A DNA stretch of 64,000 nt from Octopus vulgaris. Lineage: Eukaryota. How positions within the stretch are numbered: the stretch's first letter is position 1; each line of letters starts with the position of its first letter. The stretch covers positions 207,018,001 through 207,082,000 of the forward strand of contig OX597815.1 in assembly GCA_951406725.2 (NCBI GenBank), given 5' to 3'. Under the pieces are notes generated by a model. It worked only from the letters and a program-made list of their open reading frames with translations, did no database searches and was not told the origin of the DNA. Positions 1-13,529 of this stretch are shown here, one piece after another. Made by a program: the position numbers and the translations under genes.

Positions 1-1380
1 ATATTTTAGAATGGCATTAAGGGGATTTTGTTTTAATGTGTGGAATGCCTCTTTTTAGATATAGCTTACAGGCTGAGCGTTAACCTTTGTATGGAAGCCC
101 TGAATCTATTAATGACCACAGCTAGATGTAGGAAATATTTCTACTTTTGAGATGATGTATGTAACTGGTGAGTGTTGTGTGGATTTACTGTTTCTTGTAT
201 CTAAAAGAATTGAAATGCACTGCGTATCGTTTAAAATTTATAATTGATCCTATATATATAGTTGTAGAATTGTGTAACGTGTTGAGGACGGTGCATTTAT
301 ATATTACATTAGACCTTCTGCAATGAGTTTGTAGAGGGCAGATGATCCCAAGACGGCAGTTACAGGGTAGTGGATTTTGGGGATTATTCTTAGGAATGAA
401 GGGAGTAATACTGTCAGAGGAGCGGTTAGAGATAGGGGTAGAATGGTCTATGTTATTATTAGTACTATTTTCATTGCTATTTCTATCGTTGTTGTTATAC
501 ATCCTACCTGTAATAGTGGTGGAAGTTGTAGTAGTAGTATTCTGGTTAGTGTTAGTGGGAAATGGTAGTGTGTTCTAAAATATAGGGTTCGATATTGGAG
601 CTATATATATGCTGGGCGTTCGTGTCTTCAGAGTTATTACATTGTAAGTTTTGATAATAGAGAGAAAGTTTTCGTTTATTAGAAGCTGATATGATAGACT
701 CAAAGTTGGGCAGGGAGGAGTAGGATAGCTTTAAGAAAGAATAATGTTTATGTCGACGAGGCAAGTTGAAGTGCAGCATATTTAATAAGGATTTAGCTAA
801 GTTCTTAACGTTTAATGAGAAGCGAAGTGCATAGAATAGAGCGTCCATCACTTCTTTGGTTGCTTAAAGGTAGTGTTTTCTATATTTTTCGAAGTTAGAG
901 GGGGATAATATGGCCGTTATTTTTAGCTGTTTTAGCTTTTGACCTAGTGTTATATGTGTGCGTGTGGGGGTCTAAGTTGTCTTAATCTGAGTTCTCCTGG
1001 GGTTCTAGTATAGTGTATGGGTGGTCTGTTGTGATTCGGATGGTTGGCATGCCGTTGACATGATTTGAGATATATGTTGCTTGAGCCTGGTATTAGGGAT
1101 GTATCTTATTTATTGGGAGAAGCCGCTGGCAGCGAGCGCTTGGTTGTAATATGGTGTGTGGTTATCAAATATATCCTCAGTGGATGAAAAGTCAGATATA
1201 CGAATTGAGATACCTTTAACTATAGCATCAAAGGTGGATTTGTGGTGATTGGAATTAATGTTCAAGTACTTAAGGTACTTGGTAGGTTTGTGATATGGGG
1301 TGTATTGAGAGGTTTCTAAGTTCAAACTTACATCTAAAAAAATTAGTGGTTTTGTGGGAATTTTCAAAAGTAATAGATAT
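1..1380 (-). mobile_element. Decayed Penelope-like retroelement (RT C-terminus/thumb, linker, GIY-YIG endonuclease); runs off the window start
   Basis: Minus-strand fragments in PLE order: [56 protein letters not shown] (1110-1367); FSLNVKNLAKSLLNML..LKLSYSSLPNFESIISASNKR (552-851); CNCRLGIICPLQTHC..NVIYKC..IYIGS..FKRY..HFNSF (185-502); then TLTSYIHHLKSRNI..WSLID toward position 1. Frameshifts and stops present. Confidence 0.9.
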
Positions 1381-1439
1381 GTTGAGGCTAAAGAAGAATT
1401 TGTGTAGGTCTTTCCTTGTTCGTTCTAAAGAGGATTTAT

Positions 1440-1535
1440 TTACATATATATGTAAATATATATATGTGTGTGTGTATGTCTATATATATATATATATATA
1501 TATATACCTACATGTACATAGTCATATATATATAT

Positions 1536-1579
<44 letters not shown>

Positions 1580-1640
1580 TTATATATATATATTTATATA
1601 TATTTATATATATATATATACACACAAACACACACATAAG
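1440..1640. repeat. (TA)n/(CA)n compound microsatellite
   Basis: Direct reading. Confidence 0.95.
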
Positions 1641-2083
1641 CATATGTTTACATAAACAATTTAAACATACATTTTGGAAGTATACGAATATAAACTCTTA
1701 TATATACACATTTTCATGTCATCTGTGTATGGGTAACGTTTAACAGGAACAAATAAATATGTAACGTAAAGTCTAGGTCTCCTTTATATATTAAAACCAT
1801 TTACAATTGGAAGTCATGGCACAGACTATTGCGGTCTCAGATATCTTTGCTATCATTTGCTTTAGAAGAAAGTAGATAACAGGCGACAGAATCGTATATA
1901 TATTCTGTAGTAGAGCCAGAAGCTGAAATTATACGAGAGTAATGTCAGATATTTTAAAGGTAATTGCATGGCGATTTTTAATCTGCTGCATCAATTAAAA
2001 GACGATTAGTAACATTAACTGCATAAAGATGCCTCTTCAATCCATATACGCGGCGCCATATGAACTCAGACCCACTATTCAGC

Positions 2084-2767
<684 letters not shown>

Positions 2768-2769
<2 letters not shown>

Positions 2770-3138
2770 CGCAGGAGTGGCTGTGTGGTAAGTAGCTTGC
2801 TAACCAACCACACGGTTGCGGGTTCAGTCCCACTGCGTGGCATCTTGGGCAAGTGTCTTCTGCTATAGCCCCGGGCCGACCAATGCCTTGTGAGTGGATT
2901 TGGTAGACGGAAACTGAAAGAAGCCTGTCGTATATATGTATATATATGTATATGTGTGTTTGTGTGTCTGTGTTTGTCCCCCTAGCATTGCTTGACAACC
3001 GATGCTGGTGTGTTTATGTCCCCGTCACTTAGCGGTTCGGCAAAAAGAGACCGATAGAATAAGTACTAAAAGGTGGTGCTCCAGCATGGCCGCAGTCAAA
3101 TGACTGAAACAAGTAAAAGAGTAAAAAGAGTAAAAGAG
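2768..3138 (+). mobile_element. tRNA-derived SINE, family F1 (head GGCGCAGGAGTGGCTGTGTGG, internal microsatellite, GTAAAAGA tail)
   Basis: A-box TGGCTGTGTGG and B-box-like GGTTCAGTCCC; CORE-like CTTGGGCAAGTGTCTT; repeated GTAAAAGA end; several homologous copies in the window. Confidence 0.9.
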
Positions 3139-3145
3139 ATATATG

Positions 3146-3206
<61 letters not shown>

Positions 3207-3600
3207 CACTAAGTATGAATAGATGTGCGTGTATATATAATTCATATATGCATATATATATATGTTTGTTCCTATTACTATGTGCACATGTGCGTGTCCA
3301 AATCTAAAAAGGGTAACTAAAGGAGATAACTTACAATATTAAACCTGAAGTTGGGAAGAACTTTTATAATACAGTAAGAATTGCTACCCTCTTATAAGCC
3401 TAGCGGTGAAAGCGTTAGACATGTTTTGTTCATGTTAGACCTCCTCAATGAGTTTAAATCCAGACCAGGTCATTAATACTTTTCGTTCCTCCGGAGTCGA
3501 TACTGTAGAGTTCCATCGAAATAGTCGACTTGATTGACTAAGCTTATCAAACCATTCGTTGACCTGTCTAAATTAAGAATTATTATAAGGTATTTGTCGA

Positions 3601-3831
3601 AGGCGGCGAGCTGGCAGAAACGTTAGCACGCCGGGTGAAATGCTTAACGGTATTTCGTCTGCGTTACGTTGTGAGTTCAAATTCCGCCGAGGTCGACTTT
3701 GCCTTTCATCCTTTCGGGATCGATAAATTAAGTACCAGTTACGCACTGGGGTCGATGTAATCGACTTAATACCTATGTCTGTCCTTGTTTGTCCCCTCTG
3801 TGTTTAGCCCCTTGTGGGTAATAAAGAAATA
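3601..3831 (+). mobile_element. SINE family F2a monomer (head AAGGCGGCGAGCTGGCAGAA, tail TGTCTGTCCTTGTTTGTCC..CCCCTTGTGGGTAATAAAGAAATA)
   Basis: B-box GAGTTCAAATTCC; TSD AGGTATTTGT(C/T)GAA at 3588-3601 and 3831-3844. Confidence 0.92.
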
Positions 3832-3849
3832 GGTATTTGTTGAACAAAT

Positions 3850-4745
3850 TTGTCAGAGTGCCGAACAAAATACGTAGTGATATCTTCGTTTTTCTTTTTA
3901 ATTCCGAATTCGGATCTCGCGGAGGTCAGTTTCTTACTTCAGCCCTCCGAGATCGAAAAAACAAAAAGGAAAGAAAACACATCCGTTAAAGACTGATGTC
4001 GTTTTGATCTACCCTCCCTACATATTTCTTGTCATGTGCCTGAGTGAGGTGCAATACAAAGTTTTAAATTTTGGCACAGGGACAGCAATTTCGGAGGTGG
4101 GAAAATACTCAACTGTTACTTATTTTATCGACCCCGAAGTGATTGGAAGGCAAAAATCGACTTCAGCGGAATTTGAACTCAGAAAGCAAAGACGGACAAA
4201 ATGACGCTGGATATTTTGGCCGGTGTGCTAACGATTCTGCCAGCTCGCCGCCTTAATTCGGTTATAGTTGTACCAATGAACTATTATACTAATAATTCTT
4301 TCTTATTTTAGCAGAAGGTCAGTAATTTTAAGAGGAGGAGCAGTTTATTGCATCAAGTCCAATGCTTGACTGGAACTTATTTTATCGACCGCAAAAAGAT
4401 GAAAAGGCAAAGCCAGTTCCTGTGGAATTTGAACTCAAAACGTAAACCTGGAAGAGATGCTGATAAGCATTTTGTCCGACGCGGTAACGATTCTGCTAGT
4501 TGACCGCCTTATTAAGCATAGAGACCTCTTGAATCCATACAAGCACCATCACATGAAGCCAGAACGATATATTCAACCTGATACAGTCGAATAAAAGGAC
4601 ATACATATATAACTAGGTCTGAAATTTGGGGTAAGGGTGTTACTTAATTACATCGATCTCTGTAATTAAGTGGTATTTATTTCATCGACCTCAAAAAATG
4701 AAAGACAAAATCGGTTGCCGCGCATTTTGAAATCAGAACGCAAAG
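3850..4745. mobile_element. Cluster of old, diverged F2-type SINE copies in both orientations
   Basis: Degenerate TTTATCGACCCCGAAAGGATGAAAGGCAAAGTCGAC and GAATTTGAACTCAGAA motifs near 3900 (+), 4120, 4380 and 4680 (-). Confidence 0.7.
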
Positions 4746-4787
4746 CCAATAATAATACTATGATTATTCTGTATGACTGATAAAAGA

Positions 4788-5201
4788 ATCTTTTCTACTC
4801 TAGGCACAAGGCCCGAAATTTGGGGGGAGGGGTTAGTCGATTAGATCGGCCCCCATTACGCAACTGGTACTTAATTTATCGACCCCGAAAGGATGAAAAG
4901 CAAAGTCGAACTCAGTGGAATTTGATCTCAGAACGCAGCGGCAGACGAAATACCTATTTCTTTACTACCCACAAGGGGCTAAACACAGAGGAGACAAACA
5001 AGGACGGACAAACAAGGACAGACAAACGGATTAAGTCGATTATATCGACCCCAGTGCGTAACTGGTACTTATTTAATCGACATCGAAAGGATGAAAGGCA
5101 AAGTCGACCTCGGCGGAATTTGAACTCAGAACATAGCGGCAGACGAAATACCGCTAAGCATTTCACCCGGCGTGCTAACGATTCTGGCAGCTCACCGCCT
5201 T
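4788..5201 (-). mobile_element. F2 SINE dimer (F2a unit followed by a head-less F2b unit)
   Basis: Junction GAAATACCTATTTC at 4947-4960; F2b tail GGGCCTTGTGCCTAGAGTAGAAAAG. Confidence 0.9.
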
Positions 5202-5896
5202 TATGTTGGTCTAATAATGAATATTATGGTATTTCGTGTCATAATGTAATCTAATGACCTTGACGGACGAATAACTATATCAACATGTGTTCTATTTGCA
5301 CTACATATGTTGCCAAAATGTAAATGCAGCAGTTTCCTTACTTAACAATGATCTGTAACTTTTAATCGTTGGGATGTTGAAGAATGCACTAATATTGTAG
5401 GGACCGGAAGGAAACAACTTGAATGCATAGAAAACCATTAGCAGCAGCAAGGAGACGTCTTACATAATTCCAGACGATGTAATCTTTACAATGCTCTTTG
5501 TAGACAATTGGAGGGTTAATCTATTTCCTACTAACATCATTCTTTGAATAAAAATTTTTTTCAGGTTATGTGTGATTTTGTAGATGTTTCTTTTTTTGTT
5601 TTGCATTGTCCTCATCACTATCATCAACTTCGCTATCACCGGTATTATAATTGCGGATGCCGCTATTTATTATTTTATGTTAATAATCTGTCTTTAAATC
5701 TGAGAAAAATATTACAAGAAGACATATTTCTGTTGAATATTTTCGTGCAAATTTTAAGAGCACAACAGATGTATTTAAACTGAAGCTTATAGAGACATTT
5801 TTCATTTTTGTACTTTAATAGTTTTCTGTTGGCGTCACGGAAATACACATATATATTTATACACGCACACATATAACAAGATAAGTATATGGAGCA

Positions 5897-5977
<81 letters not shown>

Positions 5978-7038
5978 ATGTATATATATATATATAAACG
6001 CGATTATTTTCAGTGGTGGAGATATTTGATGGTACACCATCAAATCTTCAGTGATACATATGTGTTTGCATACATACTTAAGACTCTGGGTCTTTGAGTA
6101 AGTGTGTGTAGGTGAATGAGACGATATATCTGTTCCTCTCTCTCTCTTTCCACTGAATTAATTAACAAACTTAGATTTACATTTAAAGGCACTGTTAGCT
6201 ACGAGAAGGCATATTTTCAGTTTCACTTGTTACATGGTGGAAATGCCCCCAACATGTGAATGGGAAGAGAAAGATTACCTTTTCATGGCTGAACCATTTT
6301 TCTCGTTCTGAAGAAGAAAGATAGTCATTGCTAATTTTTAAATGTTAGAAACATTAGTGATTATGTAATCCAGTGTTGGTAGTAACTCAAAGAGTTCAAT
6401 TAAATGTAGAGGATAGGAGGGCTAAAAATGTAACATGGATATATATGTATTACATGATAATGTCACTGTTGGGCTACAAAGAATACCCTTACTAATTCCC
6501 ACTGGGGAACGTTTAAAATGGCTGCTTTCATGAATGCAGTGCAAGTTTGACGAGAGGTGGCTTGGTTGCGAGCAGACGACATATGAACGAATAAGAATAC
6601 AGGGAAGTGGAAAGAAGTATCTCATTTATAGAGTGAGTGATATAGTGGGAATGAACGTTAGAGCCAACAGAGTTACCAGGAAGTGTGTGTTCCAGCATGG
6701 CCACAACCTTAGGGCTGAAACGTATAAAAAAATAAAAGAATAAAGAGAAACTTGATGCATATTGATGATGTGGTTTGGCTCCATAGTATGTATCTGATCT
6801 AAGAGACGAGTGAGAGAAAAAATCTATAGGCGAGAATCTATTGATAGGAAGTTTCGTAAATGTATGGTTGGTCAAATTCCTTGTTGATTTCAATTGCATT
6901 CAAATGTTTTTTATGAACTTATCAAGAAGAGGGAATACTGGAAACTTACATAGGAGATCAAGAACATAATGGATAGGCATATTTGAAGCCCTTCAAATTA
7001 TCACTGAATAGGGAAGGGTCTCAAGGTTTTAAAGATAC

Positions 7039-7272
7039 TTATTTCTTTACTACCCACAAGGGGCTAAACACAAAGAGGGCAAACAAGGACAGACAAACGG
7101 ATTAAGTCAATTATATCGACCCCAGTGCGTAACTGGTACTTATTTAATCGACCCCGAAAGGATGAAAGGCAAAGTCGACCTCGGCGGAAATTGAACTCAG
7201 AACGTAACGGTAGATGAAATACGGCTACGCATTTCGCCCGGCATGCTAACATTTCTGCCAGCTCGACGCCTC
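7039..7272 (-). mobile_element. SINE F2a monomer
   Basis: Full homology to 3601-3831; flanking direct repeat TTTTAAAGATA. Confidence 0.9.
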
Positions 7273-8451
7273 TGTTTTAAAGATATCGATTGCTAGCAAC
7301 TGTTTCCATGTCCTTGGAGGTATTGAATACGAGAGCGTTATGTCGATAATCGATAGAGCCAGAATGGTCATCCTTGTTGAGTTGGCACTGAAACAAACTA
7401 TAGTATATTTCAAAAGATCGGGTTAACGATGCTGGAGAAAACAAAGAAAGTGATAGAGAGAGAGGAAGAAAGGGGGAGATAGGAAAGGAGAGATAGAAAG
7501 AGAGAAGGAAAAGATCTGCTAAGATAGGGAATAGCTTAGGAGCAAGCTTTTGGAGACATTTTCAAGGTCAGTGGCTTTTTAGGTATGAAGTGACCAAAGG
7601 TGTTTTCATACTAGGCGTATGTATAAGCACGTATAAGTATGTATAAACATGGTCGAGAGACTGAACGCTTCTATGAGTAGTTGGATACGAATCGGGTACA
7701 AGGAAATGTAGAATTTTATTTTAGTGAAAATGTGGTGGGTAGGAGAATACGGTAAATTTGGTAGTGATCCATTTGGAAAACGTCCAAAAAGTCCTCTTAT
7801 AATTTGGGAGGTGAAAGAACTTGCAGGCTGCGCCAGATAGAGGAATTCTTCGCATTTCGGATGGTGGTAATTCTTCATAAATTTTGTTGGTAGTGGGCAA
7901 AGCCCATTATGTTGATGGAGACTTGCAATTTTTTTCCCGTCGTTGTTGGCAGTGTTCTTCCTTTGAATTGCTATAACGCATCGTGCAGTGACTTCATTAG
8001 CTATAGCTTCCTTGGTTATAATTTGTTATTCTTCCTTTTAATAGTCAAAATATTAAAAAAACTTCATCACATTAAAAGCAGAATATATTTTTCAGAAGTG
8101 ACTCAGTTTCTGGTGGTAGCGTTGGTGATGGGATTGGTAATGGTATTTGGGGTGGTGTTATATGATTAATACGTAGGATCTTCAGCTACTACTTGAAGGG
8201 ATTCTCACTTATGGCACTTCTCTACAAGCCTTGTTTGCCCCAAAATTTCTCTCTCAACCCTCTTCTCTCTTCCTTAGAAAACGAAACTTCTATACATACT
8301 CAAATTTGCTTCGAGAATCGTAGTAATAATTTTCCTGTCGACAACAAACTATGACTGAATTTTAACATAATATGAAGCCTGATAGTGCAGGAATCTCAAA
8401 ACTGTAAGTCCCAATGCAACCAAACCAACAGAAATAGAACTGGTAGAGACA

Positions 8452-8517
<66 letters not shown>

Positions 8518-8558
8518 GTATGTTGGTGTAATGCAGGAAAAATACAACTCAAAATATG

Positions 8559-8661
8559 AGCAACAGAGTGACTGAAGGTCTGAGAGTTTTGTGTATTGGC
8601 ACTTACCAAAGTGATAGGTGCCAATGCACGAAACTTTCGGACCTTGAGTCATTCTGTTGCT
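8559..8661 (+). repeat. Long hairpin: 50-bp inverted arms, 3-nt loop
   Basis: 8559-8608 versus reverse complement of 8612-8661: 42/50 identical; 6 of the 8 differences are G.U pairs on the + strand. Confidence 0.85.
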
Positions 8662-8780
8662 TTTGTTATATATATATCACCATCACTTAACAAACAATGC
8701 TGGTGTGTTTACGTCCCCGTAACTTGGCAGTTCGACAAAAAGACCGATAGAATAAGTACTAGGCTTACAGAGAATAAGTT

Positions 8781-10623
8781 CGAGGGTTATTTGTGGACAT
8801 TTCGGTTTTAGTCCATTACACCTTCAAATTATTTAATGTATCATTTTATTTTTAGATAACTCTTTTAAGATATCATGCTAACTCAAGAGATGTAAAGACA
8901 TGCAGTCATAGTTGCTATACATGCAAACTACAGTGATTTAGAAATTAACAAATTTCTAAATATTGTGAGATCATTTGCACACAAAGTTCGACTGGAATTG
9001 GAGGCATGTGATGATAATGTTTCACCTGTATCAAAGAGAGAAAAAAAAACATTCATAACGATCAGATCTAACAGGACACCAGAATTTATACAACATATTC
9101 GGAACTTTATCGATGACTAACCCAGGAGATCAATGAGGTCCATTGCTAAAGTGGACTATTGGAACTGTGGTACATCGTGACATTTGATACAAGTCCTATG
9201 CAATTTGGAAAAGCCAATTTAAGTCTGCAAAGATAGAGGCAAACTGTCTCATCCGTTCAAAACGGTTATTTAACAAAGTGAAAGACCCTCATAAACAAGG
9301 CACGCTTTGGTTTTTCTCTGACGAAAAATACTTTGACCTGGATCAAAAGTCTAACAGAAGAAATTACAGATGGTTATGTGCAGATCCTTCTGAAGTACCC
9401 AGAGTGATGGTTTTAGGGGTGGGTGGGGTTAGTAGCGAAGGTCATGTGATGCCTTCCCACTTTTTTCCACAGAGTCTTAGAATTAATGCTACTGGATACA
9501 TTGAGGTGCTGGAAACTTTTATCAAGCTGTGGATTGATGAAGTATGCAACGAAAGGCCATATATGTTTCAGCAAGACTCAGCACCTTCTCACAAAGCCCT
9601 AGTCAACCAAGAATGGTTGTCAGACAATCATTACGATTATGTAACACCCAATATGTGGCCGCCAAACTCGCTAGATTTGAACCTCATGGACTACTACGTG
9701 TAGAACACTGTTGAAAGGGAGACAAATCGCGTCATCCTCGTAATACCATAGCTTCACTGAAGGCCGTCATTGTCCAGGTGATGTTCGGAATGAATAAGGA
9801 CCATATAGTGTCCGCATGCAAGCGGTTTTGATCCTGCATTGAAGCAGACATCAAAGCCGAAGGCGGTTTCACAAACATAATTGGCATAAGAAATCATTAT
9901 CAAGACTAATTGCACAAATGTTTATTAAAATACATATTTATTATTTTCTGCTCTAGGAACAAGGCCCTAAAATTTGAGGGAGGGGGCCCAGTCGATTAGA
10001 TCGACCCCAGTACGTGACACGTACTTAATTTATCGACCCCGAAAGGATGAAAGGCAAAGTCGACCTCGGCGGAATTTGAAAACAGAACGTAACGGCAGAC
10101 GAAATACCGCTAGGCATTTCGCACGGTGTGCTAACGATTCTTATTTCTTTACTGCCCACAAGGGGCTACACACAGAGAGGACAGACAAACGGATTAAGTC
10201 GATTACATCGATCCCAGTGCGTAACTGCTACTTATTTAATCGACCCCGAAAGGATGAAAGGCAAAGTCGACCTTGGCGGAATTTGAACTCAGAACGTTGC
10301 GGCAGACGAAATACCTATTTCTTTACTACCCACAAGGAGCTAAACACGGAGAGAACAAACAAGGAGAGACAAACGGATTAAGTCGATTATATCGATCTCC
10401 AGGGCGTAACTGGTACTTATTAATCGACCCCGAAAGGATGAAAAACAAAGTCGACCTTGCCGGAGTTTGAACTCAGAACGTAACGGCAGACGAAATACGG
10501 CTACGCATTTCGCCCGGCGTGCTAACGTCTCTGCCAGCTCACCGCCTTAAATACATATTTATTTATGCTGAAATATAGTTGTTTTATTGTATACCAAAAC
10601 TGTCCTCAAATACACCTCGCACC

Positions 10624-10626
<3 letters not shown>
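8781..10626 (+). mobile_element. Decayed Tc1/mariner-superfamily transposon, DD37D (maT-type) transposase pseudogene, interrupted by a SINE trimer
   Basis: ORF 9278-9703: FFSDEKYF..VSSEGHVMP..FQQDSAPSH..WPPNSLDLNLMDYYV, with 37 residues between the 2nd and 3rd Asp; right TIR ends CCTCGCACCCTG|TA at 10626; partial left TIR CGAGGGTTATTTGTGGACA at 8781. Confidence 0.88.
9943..10548 (-). mobile_element. F2 SINE trimer (F2a-F2a-F2b) inside the maT element
   Basis: Single 15-bp TSD AAATACATATTTATT at 9928-9942 and 10549-10563 around all three units. Confidence 0.9.
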
Positions 10627-10667
<41 letters not shown>

Positions 10668-11074
10668 TTCTCACTACACCGACGCAAAATGGAATGATAT
10701 TTCTAACATTCTCATTTGATTTTTAATAACGTAATTTATATATTCTTTCACGAAGGAATAAATGCCACCGTCTTGATAATTATTTTATATCTACGTTTCA
10801 GACGAGTATTTTATATTAAATATAACAGTTTGACATTTGCAACAAAGTACATTTAGCATGTTATAAATCAGATTTTCAGAAACGTGTTTCCTTAATATAT
10901 TTTTAACTATCTCGGGGGTTATCACCTGGGGTCGAGAAAACTTTTATAGTATCTTTTAATGCGTTATGACTAGTGTATACTGAATGAATGAGTAATGAGG
11001 AGTGACTGATAGAGAAGCAGACTCAAGGATTATATTCTGGCTGTTCTACAGAAAAGAACCTAATATATCAGGTT

Positions 11075-11137
<63 letters not shown>

Positions 11138-11161
11138 ATACATGTGTATGTGTGTGTGTGC

Positions 11162-11449
11162 GGAGGTACATGGCCTAGTGGTTAGAGCAGCAGACTCGCG
11201 GTCGAGGGATCGCGGGTTCGAATATCAGACCGGGTGATGTGTGTGTTTATGAGTGAAACACCTAAGCTCCACGCCGCTTTGGCAGAAGGTAATGGCGAAC
11301 TTCTACTGACTTTTTCGCCACAACTTTCTCTCCCTTTTTCCTCCTGCATCTTGCAGCTCACCTGCGACGGACCGGCGTCCCGTCCAGGTGGGGAACCTAT
11401 ACGCCAGGAAACCGGCCCTAATGAGCCAGGCGTGGCTCGAGAAGGAACA

Positions 11450-11454
<5 letters not shown>
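11162..11454 (+). mobile_element. tRNA(Arg)-like SINE, head H3 with tail B variant
   Basis: TGGCCTAGTGGTTAGAG..GACTCGCGGTC..GGTTCGAAT head; tail CCTGCGACGGACCGGCGTCCCGTCCAGG. Confidence 0.85.
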
Positions 11455-11507
<53 letters not shown>

Positions 11508-11527
11508 GTGCATGCGTGTGAGTTTGA

Positions 11528-13005
11528 GGACGCATGTTAGCGTGTTGGACTCATGGTCTAGCAATCGTGATTTCAATTCCTAACCCAGGTGGTGTGTTGT
11601 GTTCTTGAGCAAAGTGCTTCATCTTACGCTGCTCTGCGCTTACTTCAACACCTGGCGCGTGGCACACAGTGCACCTGTTCAGACAACGTAGATTTGAGGG
11701 AGAGAGTGAACTAATATGCAAAACGACCATTTGACAACTATAAACAAATCATTTGTGCAGGTGGTTCGACAAAAGCTGAATAACCATACGTCGTCTTCAG
11801 TGGAGGATTTGAACAATGTGGTGGATGAGATTGTCCTCCCAGAAGATGTGAGACTGAGAGTTACAGTGGAAGGTAGGCCGCCGATATGCTTTTCATGTGG
11901 AGAAAAGGGCCACATGAAGGCATGGTGCACCCAGAAAAAGCAACAAGCAGAGCAGGTGGAGAGACAGGAGAGCGTGGACCAGGTGGAACAGGTCAAGGCA
12001 AAGGAAAAAATAAACAGATGATGATTTTACTGTGGTAAGAAAAAGAAGGAGGGGCGGAGGGAGAGGTTCTCCACCAGAGAAACCGAAAAAGAAGAGAGAA
12101 GATATGAGAAAAGAAACTGTGAAGGAGGTCTGCAGGAAGGAAGACAAAAGGGTGACGGAGAAAGAAAGTAAAAAGAAAGTGGAGCTACAAGTAAAGATGC
12201 CAGTTGTTCCGGTGGGAAAGGATTCGGAAATTCAACTGGCCGAAGAGGAGATGGAGAGACTGTTTAGAGTGGAGGAGGAGGAAAAGAGAGAACAAAGAGT
12301 TCAAAATAAAGAAAATACAAGGAGGAAATGGAGTATGGTATTAGGTGACCTACCCAAAGAATGTAGAAATAGAGAAGAAGATAGTCAAGTTTAATCAAAT
12401 GGTAAGAGTGAAAGTACCATCATAGATATATGAAGAGGATATGAAGGCGATAGTGATCGAAAAGGAAAATTATAAGAAACTGGAAGAAATGTGTGGAGAT
12501 AGTATTGACCCACCAGAAGTGAGGGTGGAATTCAAAGAATTGCCACCAGTAGTGGATTTAATAGAAATTGAACCATTCATGAAGTACTACTAAAAAGAAA
12601 CTAAGTATGTTTATATTGACAGGAAAAAAGAAAAGAAAAAAGAAAAAAGAAAAAACGAAAGAGCCAGGTGTTTTATGTTATGTTTAAAAAATATTGAAAA
12701 ATAGAAGAATTGTAGAGGATGTATATAACGGTTCAAATACTTGCAATGGTATGTAACATAATAATTAATTATGTAAATACAAGATAATAATGGACTGAAA
12801 AAAAGGATTAATGGTTCTGCATGTGATGAGGGGCGCATGCAGCCATTCATAACCTCATTGTTATATAATCATCTCATTCAAATTCGTTTTATATAGTGCC
12901 CCCTCTGTGGTGTCCTGTCCGTCCTTGTTTGTCTCCCTCTATTTTGGGCCCTTGTGGCTTATAAAGAAAAGACCATACGTCGTCGAAGATATATAATGGT
13001 CCATT
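11528..13005 (+). mobile_element. Diverged CORE-type SINE (head H4, tail D) interrupted near its 3' end by the ORF1-only element
   Basis: TGTGTTCTTGAGCAAAGTGCTT CORE-like segment; sequence resumes after the TSD at 12972; outer ends approximate. Confidence 0.65.
11796..12971 (+). mobile_element. 5'-truncated non-LTR element encoding only an ORF1/Gag-like zinc-knuckle protein (pseudogenised), followed by a 3' UTR and the F2a-type tail
   Basis: 13-bp TSD ACCATACGTCGTC at 11783-11795 and 12972-12984; EGRPPICFSCGEKGHMKAWC (CX2CX4HX4C); K/E-rich linker; C-terminus ..LPPVVDLIEIEPFMKYY, stop at 12591-12593; tail GTCCTTGTTTGTCTCCCTC..GCCCTTGTGGCTTATAAAGAAA. Confidence 0.85.
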
Positions 13006-13041
13006 ATATATATATAGATAAATATACATGTATATATCTTT

Positions 13042-13460
13042 GGATCTTTTCGGTTTGAACGACAGTTTTTTCTAGCGGTGTCATATGCAATTGTCACTCA
13101 TAATTATGACCCTAGTATCGATCTATTGCATTTCAATCTGTTTTAGGGTTAGGGTTAGGGGTGGGGGGAGGGTATTTTTTTTTCTTCACAAATGTAAATA
13201 AACCCAATCTGTTTCTTAAACGAGGGACATATTCATACGGCACGGAATGTTTTTTTTTACCTCAATAGACGTCAGTGATTGGTTGAAATTGCAGAAATTG
13301 CGGAAAAACAACAACAAATATCTTACAAACTATAGAATTTTCTCAATAAAGCCAAGAGAAAAAGATGTTTTATAAACACATTCTACCAGTATAGGAAGTT
13401 TAAAATTTTTTAGTTACCTAGAAATTATGTTAAAAACTGCCGTTCGAACCGAAAAGATCC
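13042..13460. mobile_element. MITE with GG-starting TIRs and 8-bp TSD (Merlin-like), containing TTAGGG repeats
   Basis: TIR GGATCTTTTCGGTTTGAACG(A/G)CAGTTTT at both ends; TSD ATATCTTT at 13034-13041 and 13461-13468; (TTAGGG)3 near 13143. Confidence 0.9.
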
Positions 13461-13529
13461 ATATCTTTTATTGTTTTGCTTCCTTCAGTAATTAGACTGC
13501 AGCCATGTTGGGTCACAACGTAGGAGGAT

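Noticed and set aside
6018-6055. Minus-strand CUGAAGA followed by a perfect 9-bp hairpin
   Set aside because: No GAAA adjacent to the stem and no helix I partner; a small local inverted repeat.
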